From Candidatus Poribacteria bacterium (GTDB lineage: Bacteria > Poribacteria > WGA-4E > WGA-3G): 64,000 bases of DNA. The translations under genes and the position numbers were made by a program. Positions 40,468 through 51,696 of the stretch are shown here, in pieces. The stretch covers positions 4,480,001-4,544,000 of the forward strand of contig OZ244048.1 in NCBI GenBank assembly GCA_965215265.1. The letters are read 5' to 3'. Every line of letters begins with the position of its first letter. Position 1 is the stretch's first letter. Under the pieces are notes generated by a model that had not been told where the DNA came from, ran no database searches, and saw only the letters and a program-made list of their open reading frames with translations.

Positions 40468-41460
40468 TCATTCGTCAAGCCAGCTCATCATACTGCGTAA
40501 ATTTTTGCCAACCTGTTCAATTTGGTGTTCAGCTTCCTGTCGGCGGAGTGCTCCCAAAACTGCTTGATTTGCCTGATTTTCTAACACCCACTCGCGCGCG
40601 AACACACCGCCCTGCACGTCTTTCAAAATCTGACGCATCCTCTCCCGGACGCTGTCGTCAATGAGTTGGGGACCGCGGGTTAAGTCGCCGTACTCTGCAG
40701 TGTTGCTAACATCGTTGCGCATTTTGCTTAAACCGCCAGTGTAAATCAGATCTACAATGAGTTTGAGTTCATGTAGGCATTCAAAGTAAGCCATCTCGGG
40801 CTGATATCCGGCTTCAACGAGCGTATCAAACGCGGCCTTGATCAGTGCGGCTGTCCCTCCACATAGCACTGCTTGCTCGCCAAAAAGGTCTGTTTCTGTC
40901 TCTTCCCGGAACGTTGTTTCAATGACCCCGGCACGTGTACCGCCGATGCCCCTTGCATACGCTAGTGCGATGTCGCGTGCCGAACGTGTTGTATCTTGAT
41001 GAACAGCGATGAGGCATGGGACACCGCCTCCGCCTTCAAATACCTCACGGACGAGGGAGCCCGGTCCCTTCGGTGCAATCATCGTCACGTCAATGTCCGC
41101 AGCTGGAACGATTTGACCGAAATGCACGCTGAATCCGTGAGACACCATCAGCATATTCCCGGACTGCATCCTGGGTGCGATCTGCGCCCGGTAGACAGCA
41201 GAATGCCTTTCATCCGGTATGAGAATCTGGACGATGTCTGCCATCTCAGCCGCTTCTTCGACGTTTTTGACGGTGAGTCCCTCTGCTTCAGCTCGTGCCT
41301 TTGAACGGCTGCCTTCGTACAAGCCGACAACGACGTTTGCACCACTATCTTTGAGGTTGAGCGATTGCGCACGTCCTTGTGCTCCATAGCCGATAATAGC
41401 AACAGTCCGTTGTTTCAATAAATCAAAATTGGCATCACTATCGTAGTAAATTGTCGCCAT
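40468..41460 (-). CDS. ilvC: Ketol-acid reductoisomerase
   Basis: [29 protein letters not shown] and SNTAEYG motifs. Confidence 0.97.
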   Translation of the reverse strand: MATIYYDSDANFDLLKQRTVAIIGYGAQGRAQSLNLKDSGANVVVGLYEGSRSKARAEAEGLTVKNVEEAAEMADIVQILIPDERHSAVYRAQIAPRMQSGNMLMVSHGFSVHFGQIVPAADIDVTMIAPKGPGSLVREVFEGGGGVPCLIAVHQDTTRSARDIALAYARGIGGTRAGVIETTFREETETDLFGEQAVLCGGTAALIKAAFDTLVEAGYQPEMAYFECLHELKLIVDLIYTGGLSKMRNDVSNTAEYGDLTRGPQLIDDSVRERMRQILKDVQGGVFAREWVLENQANQAVLGALRRQEAEHQIEQVGKNLRSMMSWLDE

Positions 41461-41464
41461 AATC

Positions 41465-41705
41465 CTTTTTGTATCCTAGCCCAATAACGCGTTTTTTGGC
41501 GTGTTGGTACTGGATACGAAACTCCCCAGTGGGTGGCAGGCAAAAGGTATTCCCAATGGGTGGCGAGTAAAAGGGAAGGGAAGTTCTCCCCGCAAGCGGG
41601 GAGGAATCCCCTTTCTTCTCTGTCCTGAAGGACAGAGAAAGATACCTATCTCGCCACTTATCTCTCCTGAAAGGAGAGATAAAGAAAACCTATCCTGCCA
41701 CTTTC
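41465..41705. repeat. Hairpin repeat cluster
   Basis: CCCAGTGGGTGGCAGG, GGGAAGTTCTCCCCGCAAGCGGG and CTCTGTCCTGAAGGACAGAG modules. Confidence 0.85.
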
Positions 41706-41765
41706 TTTTTTTTGTTTATGCCTACCGTCCCTAAAGTTTCGCTGGACTGAGCACGTCCATCGGTA

Positions 41766-42269
41766 TTATTTCTCTTTACCGCGCAGCATAGCGATTTTGC
41801 CAGTGCGTGCTAATTCAAGAATACCGTAGGCATCAAATATCTCAATTGCCGCCTTCAATTTCCCTTCATCCCCGGTGATTTCAAGCGTTAGCGAGTGAGT
41901 TGTTACATCAATAACCCGGGCACGGAAGATTTCTGCTACTTGTAGAATCTCCGGACGTTGATGAGGTTGTGCCCCTATCTTAATAAGCACCAATTCTCGT
42001 TCGACGTGCGTACCTACAGAGAGGTCTGTTACTTCAATAACGTCGATTAATCTGTTTAGATGCTGATAAATCTGCTCAATTATTTGCGCGTCCCCGTGCG
42101 TCACCAACGTTATATGCGAAATGCTTTTGTCATGCGTTTCTGCAACGTTGAGGCTGTCAATATTAAAGCCGCGCCCACTGAAAAGGCTGACGACTCGCGC
42201 GAGAACACCGAACCGGTTTTCTACTAAAACCGAAAAAATGTGTCGTTCTTCTGGATTCATGTTTTTCAT
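41766..42269 (-). CDS. ilvN: Acetolactate synthase small subunit
   Basis: SVLVENRFGVLARV, RGFNIDSL and ELARTG motifs. Confidence 0.95.
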   Translation of the reverse strand: MKNMNPEERHIFSVLVENRFGVLARVVSLFSGRGFNIDSLNVAETHDKSISHITLVTHGDAQIIEQIYQHLNRLIDVIEVTDLSVGTHVERELVLIKIGAQPHQRPEILQVAEIFRARVIDVTTHSLTLEITGDEGKLKAAIEIFDAYGILELARTGKIAMLRGKEK

Positions 42270-42815
42270 ATTTTCGTATACTGCAGCACGTCAAACATTG
42301 CTGCTATGCGCGCCCTAGCACAAATCTCGTCTTTTCGTATATCTCCGTTAAGAATTGTCCCCGCACGCGGGGTGAATTCTTAACCATCAACGCTTATGCT
42401 TTGATGACTTGTTTGTAAATCTCGTCGGAGCCTCCTGATGTTTAGATTCATAACATCTTTTCGTATCTTTCAGCCCCATCAAGGGCTATGTTTTTGATAA
42501 TCCTTTTTTCGTATATAGGAGCCCTACAACGCATCAAGCGTTGTCAACCACTGGGCACATCTCGTCGGAGGTTTTTTCTGTATACAGGAGCCCGTTAAAG
42601 GCTGTCTATAGATTGGCAAGATAAGGTTGAGAGATAGGTAGTTCACGAGAAGGGATTCCTCCGCGCAAGCGGGGATGAATTCCCATCCTTCCCTTCTCTT
42701 CAAGGTTTCGTAAACTTACCTTTTACTCTCAACTTCGTAATCCGCCTGGGCGGTGATGGAAGAAAGAAACCCCTTGAAAAGGGCGTTCTTGTCGCGAGAA
42801 TACGAAATCTCGTCT
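42270..42815. repeat. Modular palindromic repeat cluster
   Basis: Several arm and hairpin modules between ilvB and ilvN. Confidence 0.8.
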
Positions 42816-44506
42816 TAGGACAAGCCGCGGATAACATCGCCGAGTCCTGCGCCTGCGGGTACCATCGGAAACACGTTTTCTTCTTCATCAACAATGAAAT
42901 CAATGACGACAGGCCCATCAGTAATCCCTTTTGCCTTTTGCAAAGCCGGTTCGACATCTTCCACATGCTCGACGCGGAGCCCGGTGGCGCCGAAGGCTTG
43001 TGCTAGCAAAGCGAAATCTGGATTGTCGTGATAATCAACTGCGGAGTACCTTTTTCCGTGGAACAATTCCTGCCATTGGCGCACCATCCCTAAATACATA
43101 TTATTGATGATGAAAACCTTAAGCGGCAGTTTTAATGTAATTGCAGGAACCAGTTCTTGCATCGTCATAATGTAGGAACCGTCACCGTTGATATTGACAA
43201 CAGTTTTTTCGGGACATCCTAATTGTGCCCCGATCGCGGCTGGCAAACTAAAGCCCATCGTCCCGAGCCCGCCTGAATTCAGCCACTGCCGAGGCTCAGT
43301 AAATTTGAAATACTGCGCCGCCCACATCTGATGCTGCCCAACATCAGCTACCACAATCGCATCCTGATAATGTTCGTAAATCTTCTCAATCACGTATTGC
43401 GGCATGACCTTGTTCCCTTTCTGTTGATACTCAAACGGATACTTCTCCTTCCATTCCTGAATTTGAGCGCGCCACGGATCTATGTCAGCTGTTGATACTT
43501 GTTGATTCAACTCAGTGAGAACATGTTTCGCGTCCCCCACTATGGGGACATCTACCGGAACGTTCTTTCCGATACAGGATGCGTCAATATCGATATGAAT
43601 CTTCTTCGCATTTGGGGCGAATTTGCTTAGGTCTCCTGTAACCCGGTCATCAAAGCGCGCACCGACGGCAATAACCAGGTCGGCATCCGTAAAAGCATAA
43701 TTCGCACAACAGGAGCCGTGCATGCCGGGCATCTCCATTGCAAGCGCATGTGTCTCTGGGAACGCGCCCAATCCCATCAATGTAACGGTAATCGGAATCT
43801 GCGTTTTGAGCGTAAACTCCCGCAGCTCCTCTGTAGCGTTTGCGAGAACAACACCGCCCCCCGCATAAAGCATAGGACGTTTCGCGTCCCGAATGAGTTC
43901 CACAGCCTTAGCAATTTGATGTGGCTCGCCCTCAACCTGTGGTTTGTAACTACGGATATCAACTGTTTCCGGATAGCGGTAGGGTGTTTCCTGCATCTGT
44001 GCATCTTTTGCAATGTCAATAACTACCGGTCCTGGTTTCCCTGTGCTGGCGATGTGAAATGCCTCTGCAACCACTTCTGCCACTTCGGCACTATCTTTAA
44101 TTAGGTAACTGTGCTTGCAAACCGGGCGTGTCACGCCGATAACATCACACTCTTGGAACGCATCACTCCCGATATAGTGTGTAAACACCTGTCCTGTAAT
44201 CGCGACCATGGGTATAGAATCCATATAGGCAGTGGCGATACCGGTAACCAGATTCGTTGCACCCGGACCAGAAGTTGCCAGAGCGACACCGACCTTACCG
44301 GTCGCGCGGGCATACCCATCCGCTGCATGAGAACATCCTTGTTCATGCCGCATCGGAATCAGTTTCAACACTGTTTCATCATAGAGCGCGTCGAAAATCG
44401 GCATCGCTGCGCCTCCGTTAACGCCAAAGATGTACTCAACGCCCTCACGTTTCAGACTTTCAACTAAACTTCTCGCACCTGATAGTTCCATCCCAATTTC
44501 CCTCAC
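42815..44506 (-). CDS. ilvB: Acetolactate synthase large subunit (biosynthetic)
   Basis: TSGPGATN, GARFDDRVTG, DVGQHQMW, SGGLGTMGF, LGMVRQWQ; in an operon with ilvN and ilvC. Confidence 0.95.
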   Translation of the reverse strand: MREIGMELSGARSLVESLKREGVEYIFGVNGGAAMPIFDALYDETVLKLIPMRHEQGCSHAADGYARATGKVGVALATSGPGATNLVTGIATAYMDSIPMVAITGQVFTHYIGSDAFQECDVIGVTRPVCKHSYLIKDSAEVAEVVAEAFHIASTGKPGPVVIDIAKDAQMQETPYRYPETVDIRSYKPQVEGEPHQIAKAVELIRDAKRPMLYAGGGVVLANATEELREFTLKTQIPITVTLMGLGAFPETHALAMEMPGMHGSCCANYAFTDADLVIAVGARFDDRVTGDLSKFAPNAKKIHIDIDASCIGKNVPVDVPIVGDAKHVLTELNQQVSTADIDPWRAQIQEWKEKYPFEYQQKGNKVMPQYVIEKIYEHYQDAIVVADVGQHQMWAAQYFKFTEPRQWLNSGGLGTMGFSLPAAIGAQLGCPEKTVVNINGDGSYIMTMQELVPAITLKLPLKVFIINNMYLGMVRQWQELFHGKRYSAVDYHDNPDFALLAQAFGATGLRVEHVEDVEPALQKAKGITDGPVVIDFIVDEEENVFPMVPAGAGLGDVIRGLS

Positions 44507-44609
44507 ATGTTTTGCATCCCTCAGTGCATAAGAGACTCTTTGATAAATCTCAGTTTTTACAATCTATCTTCACGCATCCGATATTCATGCCAACACACTC
44601 CAATTCGAG

Positions 44610-44815
44610 AATTTAGTATATTTCAGCACAACCCAGACGGATGTTATATACACACTAGCACAAACCTCGCCACTTCTCTCTCCTGAAAGGAGAGAGAAAG
44701 AATACCTATCCTGCCACTCGAGGACAGACAAAGAAAACCGAACCCCGCCACGAGATTTACACAGTCATTAACAAAACATAAAGCGTGATGGTACGGAGAT
44801 ATACCAAAAAAAGAA
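44610..44815. repeat. Repeat cluster between the T-box and ilvB
   Basis: Arm and hairpin modules of the same family. Confidence 0.8.
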
Positions 44816-44823
44816 TAAACATT

Positions 44824-45110
44824 AAAAAAGCCCTACTCATTCCAAACTTGGAGACGAGAAGGACTCAACTAACCTTTCCGTGGTACCACTCCAATTCTCT
44901 TTACCGAGGCAAAATTTCTCAGTTAAGAGCACTCTAACGGATGCAATAACGGGCATCACACCGGCCAACCCTACTGCTTTCGCGAGACGAAAATTCAGAT
45001 TAGCAGCTCCAGGGCGACCTTCAGTCATGGTAACTTGAGGAGACCTCTCAGCCTATGAGTCTCCCGCTCTGGCAAGCCCGGCCGACCTACTCCTCCCCTT
45101 CAACGCTTTT
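44824..45110 (-). promoter_or_regulatory. T-box riboswitch with terminator upstream of ilvBNC
   Basis: Stem I hallmarks (GCGTTGAAGGGGAGGAGTA…AGAG…GCTGAGA…CCCTGGAGC), T-box GGAGTGGTACCACGG pairing with TCGTCTCC, then hairpin + T6. Confidence 0.88.
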
Positions 45111-45568
45111 ATCGTGATAACGCTATTTAATTGTTAGTTATTGATTTATTATCTATGGTATGCATAAATGTGTCTACGATAGACAATAAATCTATTTATT
45201 TAGGAGGTTAATGGTTCACGTTGTTTTGTAAACGCCAAGTTGCGCAAAAATGTGTTGATTGACGTTCGTGAAAAATATATACATCATATTTTAAGTATAC
45301 TACATTTCAAGAGAAATGTCAAAAAAAAACAGTATCGGGTCTTTACACGCGTTTATGAAAACAGATCAAGCCACATTTTTTTTGCGTGAGGTTGACGATA
45401 TTGGAGCCGTCAACATCCATGCAATCACTATCTTGGTCCGAAGCGAATACGAGTTGCGTCCCTGCCGGGTTGCTTTCACGAGCCGTGCTTGAGAAAGCAG
45501 CTCTAACGGCTTGATGTCTCTTTTTTAAGTTTGAATTATCTATTTTAGGAGTGAACCGGTTCTAAAGT

Positions 45569-45863
45569 TTACCAACCAAACCAGATAGTGAAACCAAGTG
45601 CAATAATGAAGAGGACACCCATAGCTATAGTGCATACCGTTATTCCTTTTGATATCCATGCCGGACGTTCAGGCCATAGGCGTGTCATGGCTTCAGGCCT
45701 AATCGAGATTGCCATTAATCCTATTGCACATGTCACTAAAAACAGACCAATCAAGTGGCCATATACAAGGCTACTTTCTCTTATCGCGCTTCCAGTCAAC
45801 AGCAAAAAAAATTGCAATGCCGAATAACCAATTTACTTGTCGCATGCTGCTTATTTTTATCAT
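45569..45863 (-). pseudogene. Small membrane protein frameshifted in a T8 run
   Basis: ATG at 45863 (MIKISSMRQVNWLFGIAI) joins ORF 45569-45817 if the run at 45804-45811 is one base shorter. Confidence 0.5.
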
Positions 45864-46072
45864 AAGTTTGCCTCGTTTTTTGAAGGTTGTAATCCTGAGA
45901 CTGTCAGGTTAACTCCTCTTTTCATATTAATGATAACATTCTGCTAACTTTCTATCAAGTAAAAATGAGGGTGCATAAATCAAGTTTATTGAAAAGCGGT
46001 TATGATGTGCGTTACATTTCGCATAGAGAGTTCTTATTAGACATTCATCCGCTTATCCGCGATAGCAGGAAA

Positions 46073-46105
46073 TGGGGCAGATTTAAAACCTGCCCCAATA
46101 AAAAA
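46073..46105. terminator. Hairpin terminator downstream of sodA
   Basis: TGGGGCAG…CTGCCCCA inverted repeat. Confidence 0.55.
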
Positions 46106-46113
46106 CTGCCTAT

Positions 46114-46719
46114 TTAAGTATTGGCGAGATACAATTCATTGACGCGCGTCCAATTGATAACGTTTATCCATGCTTCGACGTAATCCGGACGGCGATTCTG
46201 GTAGTTCAGGTAGTAGGCATGTTCCCAGACATCAATTCCGAGAATAGGTGTATGTCCTTGCATCAAAGGGCTGTCCTGATTCGCCGTCGAATAGATTTCC
46301 AAACCGTTGTCACCAATCACTAGCCATGCCCATCCAGAGCCGAACCGCGTTGTCGCTGCTGTGACAAACTGTTCCTTGGCGGCATCAAGCGAGCCGAACG
46401 CGGAGGTTATTGCCTCAGCAACTTCACCACCGGGCTCCCCACCGTTCGGACTCATGAGCGACCAGAAGAGTGAGTGATTCGCATGGCCCCCACCGTTGTT
46501 AATCACAGCTTGGCGTTTTCCTTCAGGCACCCGATCTAGATTTTGCAGTAAATCCGCGATATCCAAATTCTCTATATCCCCAAGCCCTTCCAGAGCAGCG
46601 TTCAGATTGGTGACGTACCCCTGATGGTGCTTCCCATGATGGATTTCCATCGTCTGTGCGTCAATATAAGGTTCTAAAGCGTCGTGTGCATAAGGCAGTG
46701 CAGGTAATGTATGAGCCAT
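46114..46719 (-). CDS. sodA: Mn/Fe superoxide dismutase (Mn-type signature)
   Basis: [25 protein letters not shown] and DVWEHAYY motifs. Confidence 0.93.
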   Translation of the reverse strand: MAHTLPALPYAHDALEPYIDAQTMEIHHGKHHQGYVTNLNAALEGLGDIENLDIADLLQNLDRVPEGKRQAVINNGGGHANHSLFWSLMSPNGGEPGGEVAEAITSAFGSLDAAKEQFVTAATTRFGSGWAWLVIGDNGLEIYSTANQDSPLMQGHTPILGIDVWEHAYYLNYQNRRPDYVEAWINVINWTRVNELYLANT

Positions 46720-47263
46720 TTAAGATAGCCTCCTAAAAAAATCGTTATAAGCGATTTGTATAATTTGTATAGATAGATTCGCCCTTCTCGCTAGCCCAAT
46801 AGCCAGTTACACCAAGGTAACGGCGTTTGAAAACAGAGCAAGAAACGCCACCCCAATTTATCATTTTTGTACGAGCGATCTCCCGCCCGCAACAACCTGT
46901 TTATAAAGTATAACATAATTGCCATTTACGTGCAACAGAATTTTATTTCTCCATAACCGGAATCTTCATAATCTATCTATGTTATAGTGATTTATCAATT
47001 TTCACGGTTCCGCTTCAGTCGGCAGTGATGTATATAACACTGCCGCCGCAAATTGTCTAAACCTCTCTACTTGGAAAAATATTCCAATTGACAGAAATTT
47101 AGAAACATGCTACAATTTCTGACATAGAGTGCAATCTTCCAAGTGGTGTAACTGATTTCTCATGCAGAACTCTCTGTTTTTAGGCAAAAAAGCCGCCAGA
47201 GAGGGCAACATTCCGCAATTCATACCGAGGCAGAAAAGATACAAGAATGGAGATAGTCAAATT

Positions 47264-48301
47264 ATGGCAACCACTTATAAAACCGCAATCGTTGGAGGTA
47301 GGCGCGGTGTCCACCACGCGCGATGCTATGCTGGCATTGAAAACATGCGAGTCACAGCCTTGTGCGAAATTGACGAAGAACGACTCAAGACCGCTGTCGC
47401 AGAACTGAACGTTAACGGGTACACGGACTACGTCGAGATGTTGAAAACTGAACAGCCTGATATTGTACATGCTGTAACAGAGCCAACCGTCGCTCGGCAT
47501 ATCTGGGTGGAACCGGCAGCAGCTGCAGGTGTCAAAGCATTGGTGATTGAAAAACCGCTTGCGCTCAGACCGCGGGAAGCAGAAGCACTTGCTGCAGCAC
47601 ACGAGAAAACGGGCCTGAAGATTATCGTCAACCATCAACGACGTTATCTGCCTTTCGCCGAAAAGTTACTTGAATTTTTCGACGAGGATGCCCTCGGCGA
47701 AATACACTTTATTCGGGCATCTACCGAAGGCGACATCACTGATATGGATACCCATTTGATGGACGTTGTGCTTTTTGCCCTGAAGGACATTCCTATCAGT
47801 TACGTGTGGGGGAACGTTGAGGGAGCAGAAACCTATCACATACCGAATCGGAATTGCCCAGAAAATTTGGTGGCCACCTATACCTTTGAAAACGGTACTC
47901 GTGTCTTTTTTGAATCTGCGCGCACCGCATTTGGTACCGTCGATTTCCCCGGCAGCAATCCGAGATGCAATCTCGATTTTTGGGGAACAAAAGGCAGGAT
48001 GTGGTGGCGCGAAAACGGGTCATGGGGGTATCAGCTCGACGGAATGGCGCGTCCGTTCGTTGAAAAAACCTATTTTGGCGAAGATGATAAATTCGGACAA
48101 CGCGTTTTTACACAAGCTATCGCCACCTGGCTGGATGATGAAAATCAGCCACACCGAAATAGATTGGAATTCGCACTGCTCGGTTTCGATCTTATTATGG
48201 CGGCGTATCGTTCCGCGCTCTTCGGCGAACGGATCGGCTGGCCCCCAAAACTTACCGATGACGAATGGGTGACACTCAGGAATCGGGTAGTCGGTGAATA
48301 A
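47264..48301 (+). CDS. Gfo/Idh/MocA oxidoreductase
   Basis: EKPLA and NHQRRY motifs; start at MATT after a GGAG RBS. Confidence 0.85.
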   Translation: MATTYKTAIVGGRRGVHHARCYAGIENMRVTALCEIDEERLKTAVAELNVNGYTDYVEMLKTEQPDIVHAVTEPTVARHIWVEPAAAAGVKALVIEKPLALRPREAEALAAAHEKTGLKIIVNHQRRYLPFAEKLLEFFDEDALGEIHFIRASTEGDITDMDTHLMDVVLFALKDIPISYVWGNVEGAETYHIPNRNCPENLVATYTFENGTRVFFESARTAFGTVDFPGSNPRCNLDFWGTKGRMWWRENGSWGYQLDGMARPFVEKTYFGEDDKFGQRVFTQAIATWLDDENQPHRNRLEFALLGFDLIMAAYRSALFGERIGWPPKLTDDEWVTLRNRVVGE

Positions 48302-48348
48302 GGCAAGCTTAATTACGGTATACAAATATAATAGATTAGGAGGAGAAC

Positions 48349-49158
48349 ATGCTAAACCAAGCACAGGTCGAGGCATTTCATGAGAAAGGGTTTTTGCTCG
48401 GGGACCGCGTGCTCAATGACGAACAAGTCGATGAATTACGAACAGAATTAGCGCGCGTTATTGATGATTACGAGAACACCGACAAACCGCAGCCAGTACG
48501 CATCGCAAACCTCGGTGGACGAGAAGAGAGCCCGGTTTGGCAAATTGTCAATATCTGGGAAGCTAGTCCTGCCTACCATCAACTGGTTCACAACCCCAGC
48601 ATTGTTGAAGAGATTGCGCAATTGACTCAGGCAACGGAACTCCGCGTATGGCACGACCAGATCCAGTACAAACCGCCTCAGGTCGGTGGTGTTAACATGT
48701 GGCACCAGGATTCACCGTACTGGCCAATTCTAACCCCCAAAACCAGTCAAGTAACCGCTTGGGTTGCGCTTGACGATGTGGATGAAAGCAACGGGTGTAT
48801 GCGTATGGTTCCCGGCTCCTATCACTGGGGCAATCAGATCCCGTTTTTGCACACAATCAAAAACATTGATTCAATGCCGGACGCTTTTCAAGAACATCAA
48901 CTTGAAGTAGAACTCTGCCCTGTCCCGAAGGGGCATGTGCACTACCATCATGCTTTGACCTGGCACGGCTCACACGACAATACAAGCGGAAGCCCCCGGC
49001 GCGCTATCGCCGTGCATTATATGACCTGCGAAACGCTCTACGATGCCAGCGGCAATCACGTTATGAAGCCTTTTGTCACCGTTGACGACGGGGATAAATT
49101 GTCCGGAGATCATTTTCCACTTGTTATGGAGACAGGTACCCCAATTCCACTACGCTGA
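48349..49158 (+). CDS. Phytanoyl-CoA dioxygenase (PhyH) family Fe/2OG oxygenase
   Basis: WHQD, WVALDD, NGCM-PGS, HGS…R motifs. Confidence 0.9.
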   Translation: MLNQAQVEAFHEKGFLLGDRVLNDEQVDELRTELARVIDDYENTDKPQPVRIANLGGREESPVWQIVNIWEASPAYHQLVHNPSIVEEIAQLTQATELRVWHDQIQYKPPQVGGVNMWHQDSPYWPILTPKTSQVTAWVALDDVDESNGCMRMVPGSYHWGNQIPFLHTIKNIDSMPDAFQEHQLEVELCPVPKGHVHYHHALTWHGSHDNTSGSPRRAIAVHYMTCETLYDASGNHVMKPFVTVDDGDKLSGDHFPLVMETGTPIPLR

Positions 49159-49209
49159 TAACGGATCCTTGTTGCCCATCAGTTTAATAGACAAAAAAGG
49201 ACGAAAAAT

Positions 49210-50844
49210 ATGAAAGTTGTTGACGCAGTCGCGAAAGTCTTGAAAGTTGAAGGTGTAGAGTATCTATTTGCTTATCCTGTTAACCCGATAATTGAGGCGG
49301 CGGCGAAACTGGATATCCGCCCCATCATTGTTCGGCAGGAGCGCATTGGACTACATATGGCAGATGCAATCAGCCGGATGACCTCAGGGCAAAAAATCGG
49401 GGTTTTTTGTATGCAAAGCGGCCCCGGGTCTGAAAATGCCTTCGGCGGTGTCGCACAAGCTTATGGGGATTCCGCGCCAATCGTTGTACTACCTATGGGC
49501 TATTCGCGCGGCTTGACACAGATTCAACCGAACTTCAATTCTGCCTTGAACTATCGGCATGTTACAAAATCTTGTGAACAGGTCTCCCTCCCGGAAGCCG
49601 TCCCTGAAGCACTGCGGCGCGCTTTCACACAAGCGCGGAACGGAAGACCGCGGCCCGCACTCGTCGAATTCCCTTCAGATCTGTTTGGCGAAGAAATCCC
49701 TGAACCGTTTGAGCCGACTCCGGTGCCCACCACACGCTACGCACCAGACAGCGAATCTATTGCCGCAGCTGCAGAAGCACTCATAAATGCAGAGCGCCCG
49801 GTTATTTACGCAGGACAAGGAGTCCATTATGCACAAGCCTGGGATTCGCTCAAAGAATTGTCAGAACTCCTCGCTGCACCTGTTACCACCAGCCTCGGCG
49901 GAAAAAGTGCTTTTCCAGAAAATCATCCATTAGCCTTAGGTTCTGGTGGACGTGCCATTCCTAAACCCGTACATCACTTTCTCCAAAAAACCGATCTCCT
50001 TCTCGGAATCGGATGCAGTTTCACCCGAACCGGTTTTGGTGTCAGGATTCCGGCAGGAAAACGTGTTATTCATGCTACTTTAGATCCGGCCGATATCAAT
50101 AAGGATGTCCCTGTTGAAATCGCCCTTGTGGGAGATGCTGGGCTCACTTTAAAGGCATTGGTTGGAGCCGTTCGCGCGCTTTCCCAGGGCAGACCAGAAA
50201 GTCGTACCGCGGCGGTAACCACAGAAATTCAGGCAGTCAAATCCGAGTGGCTTGAAGAGTGGATGCCCAAACTGACCTCCGATGCCGTGCCCATGACACC
50301 TTATCGTGTTATATGGGACATGTTGCATACCGTCGATGTCGCAAATACAATTATCACCCACGATGCCGGAAGCCCACGAGACCAACTCTCGCCTTTCTGG
50401 CAATCTACTACGCCCCTCTCATACATCGGCTGGGGCAAAACGACGCAACTCGGTTACGGACTCGGTCTTGCGATGGGCGCGAAACTCGCAAAACCCGATA
50501 AACTCTGTATCAATGTCTGGGGCGACGCGGCAATCGGTTTTACCGGGATGGATTTCGAAACCGCAGTACGTGAAAGAATCCCGATACTCTCTGTCCTTTT
50601 TAACAACTTCTCTATGGCTATCGAAATCCCGATTATGCCGGTCTCCACCGAGAAATACGGTTCTACCGACATCTCCGGCAACTACGCAGACATGGCAAAG
50701 GCGTTCGGAGGATACGGGGAGCGCGTTGAAACACCAGACCAAATCGTACCGGCACTCCAACGCGGTATCCAGAAGACACAAGAAGGCGTGCCAGCACTAT
50801 TGGAATTCATCACCGCAAAGGAAACTCGGGTTTCTACATTCTAA
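49210..50844 (+). CDS. Thiamine pyrophosphate-requiring enzyme
   Basis: RQER, GPGSEN, WGDAA…FNN TPP motif. Confidence 0.88.
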   Translation: MKVVDAVAKVLKVEGVEYLFAYPVNPIIEAAAKLDIRPIIVRQERIGLHMADAISRMTSGQKIGVFCMQSGPGSENAFGGVAQAYGDSAPIVVLPMGYSRGLTQIQPNFNSALNYRHVTKSCEQVSLPEAVPEALRRAFTQARNGRPRPALVEFPSDLFGEEIPEPFEPTPVPTTRYAPDSESIAAAAEALINAERPVIYAGQGVHYAQAWDSLKELSELLAAPVTTSLGGKSAFPENHPLALGSGGRAIPKPVHHFLQKTDLLLGIGCSFTRTGFGVRIPAGKRVIHATLDPADINKDVPVEIALVGDAGLTLKALVGAVRALSQGRPESRTAAVTTEIQAVKSEWLEEWMPKLTSDAVPMTPYRVIWDMLHTVDVANTIITHDAGSPRDQLSPFWQSTTPLSYIGWGKTTQLGYGLGLAMGAKLAKPDKLCINVWGDAAIGFTGMDFETAVRERIPILSVLFNNFSMAIEIPIMPVSTEKYGSTDISGNYADMAKAFGGYGERVETPDQIVPALQRGIQKTQEGVPALLEFITAKETRVSTF

Positions 50845-50925
50845 GGCTTTTTTTTGTAACAGTGACTTCCTTGGAAGAGTTATTTTCCAAAAATGGCTCT
50901 TACCAACCTTGAAGGAGGAAAAATT

Positions 50926-51696
50926 ATGAAATCCCTCGTTACCGTTTCACTCATTGTACTTAGTCTGATGACTAATGCCTGGGCACTCAACGATGACAAG
51001 GCACTAATGCTCTATTTCACTTTTGAAGAGGGCAACGGTGCCACAACCACAGATGTTAGTGGGAATAATATCAAAGGTAACCTAGAAGGTGCAACATGGT
51101 CGAAAGATGGAAAAATTGGAGGCGCTATCTACCTGGAAGACTTTGAACAGTTTGTAGAAGTCGAACCTGTTCCCGAACTCGACATCACTGATGAACTGAC
51201 GATTCAGGCATGGTTTTTTCCTGAAGAGTCCCAAGGGGACTCTAATTTGATGGGACGCAGAAGTTCTGCAAACGTTGGAGGCTATTGTCTTCAGTGGAGT
51301 GCACAGTTTACCGGGGCACCACAAATTGAGACATGGATTAACATCGGAGGATGGCAAGGTTCCCGCAATAAACAGACCATTAAGCCGGCGCTAGAGGAGT
51401 GGCATCACGTTGCGTCTACCTACGACGGTGAGATGATTCGCCAATACATTGATGGCAAACTTGATGTTGAATTTAAGCCACCCAACGGTAAAATTAACAG
51501 CATTGAAGTCGTCTTTCGCATTGGCAAAGCCCAGACTGGACTCGATGGTATGATTGGCTATGTTGACGAAGTTGCCATTTACAATCGTGCACTCACTGCA
51601 GACGAAATTAATCAAGATATGGAGAACGGTGTCTATTTCGCCGTTTCTCCTAACGGTAAACTGGCCTCAACCTGGGGCAATTTGAAAAGAAGGTAA
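50926..51696 (+). CDS. Secreted LamG/concanavalin-like domain protein
   Basis: Signal peptide; WHHVASTYDG, YIDG, IDEV-like, YNRAL; C-terminal AVSPNGKLASTWGNLK. Confidence 0.88.
   Translation: MKSLVTVSLIVLSLMTNAWALNDDKALMLYFTFEEGNGATTTDVSGNNIKGNLEGATWSKDGKIGGAIYLEDFEQFVEVEPVPELDITDELTIQAWFFPEESQGDSNLMGRRSSANVGGYCLQWSAQFTGAPQIETWINIGGWQGSRNKQTIKPALEEWHHVASTYDGEMIRQYIDGKLDVEFKPPNGKINSIEVVFRIGKAQTGLDGMIGYVDEVAIYNRALTADEINQDMENGVYFAVSPNGKLASTWGNLKRR

Noticed and set aside
44837-45028. 63-aa ORF as a leader peptide attenuator for ilvB
   Set aside because: It lies within the T-box structure, which explains the region better
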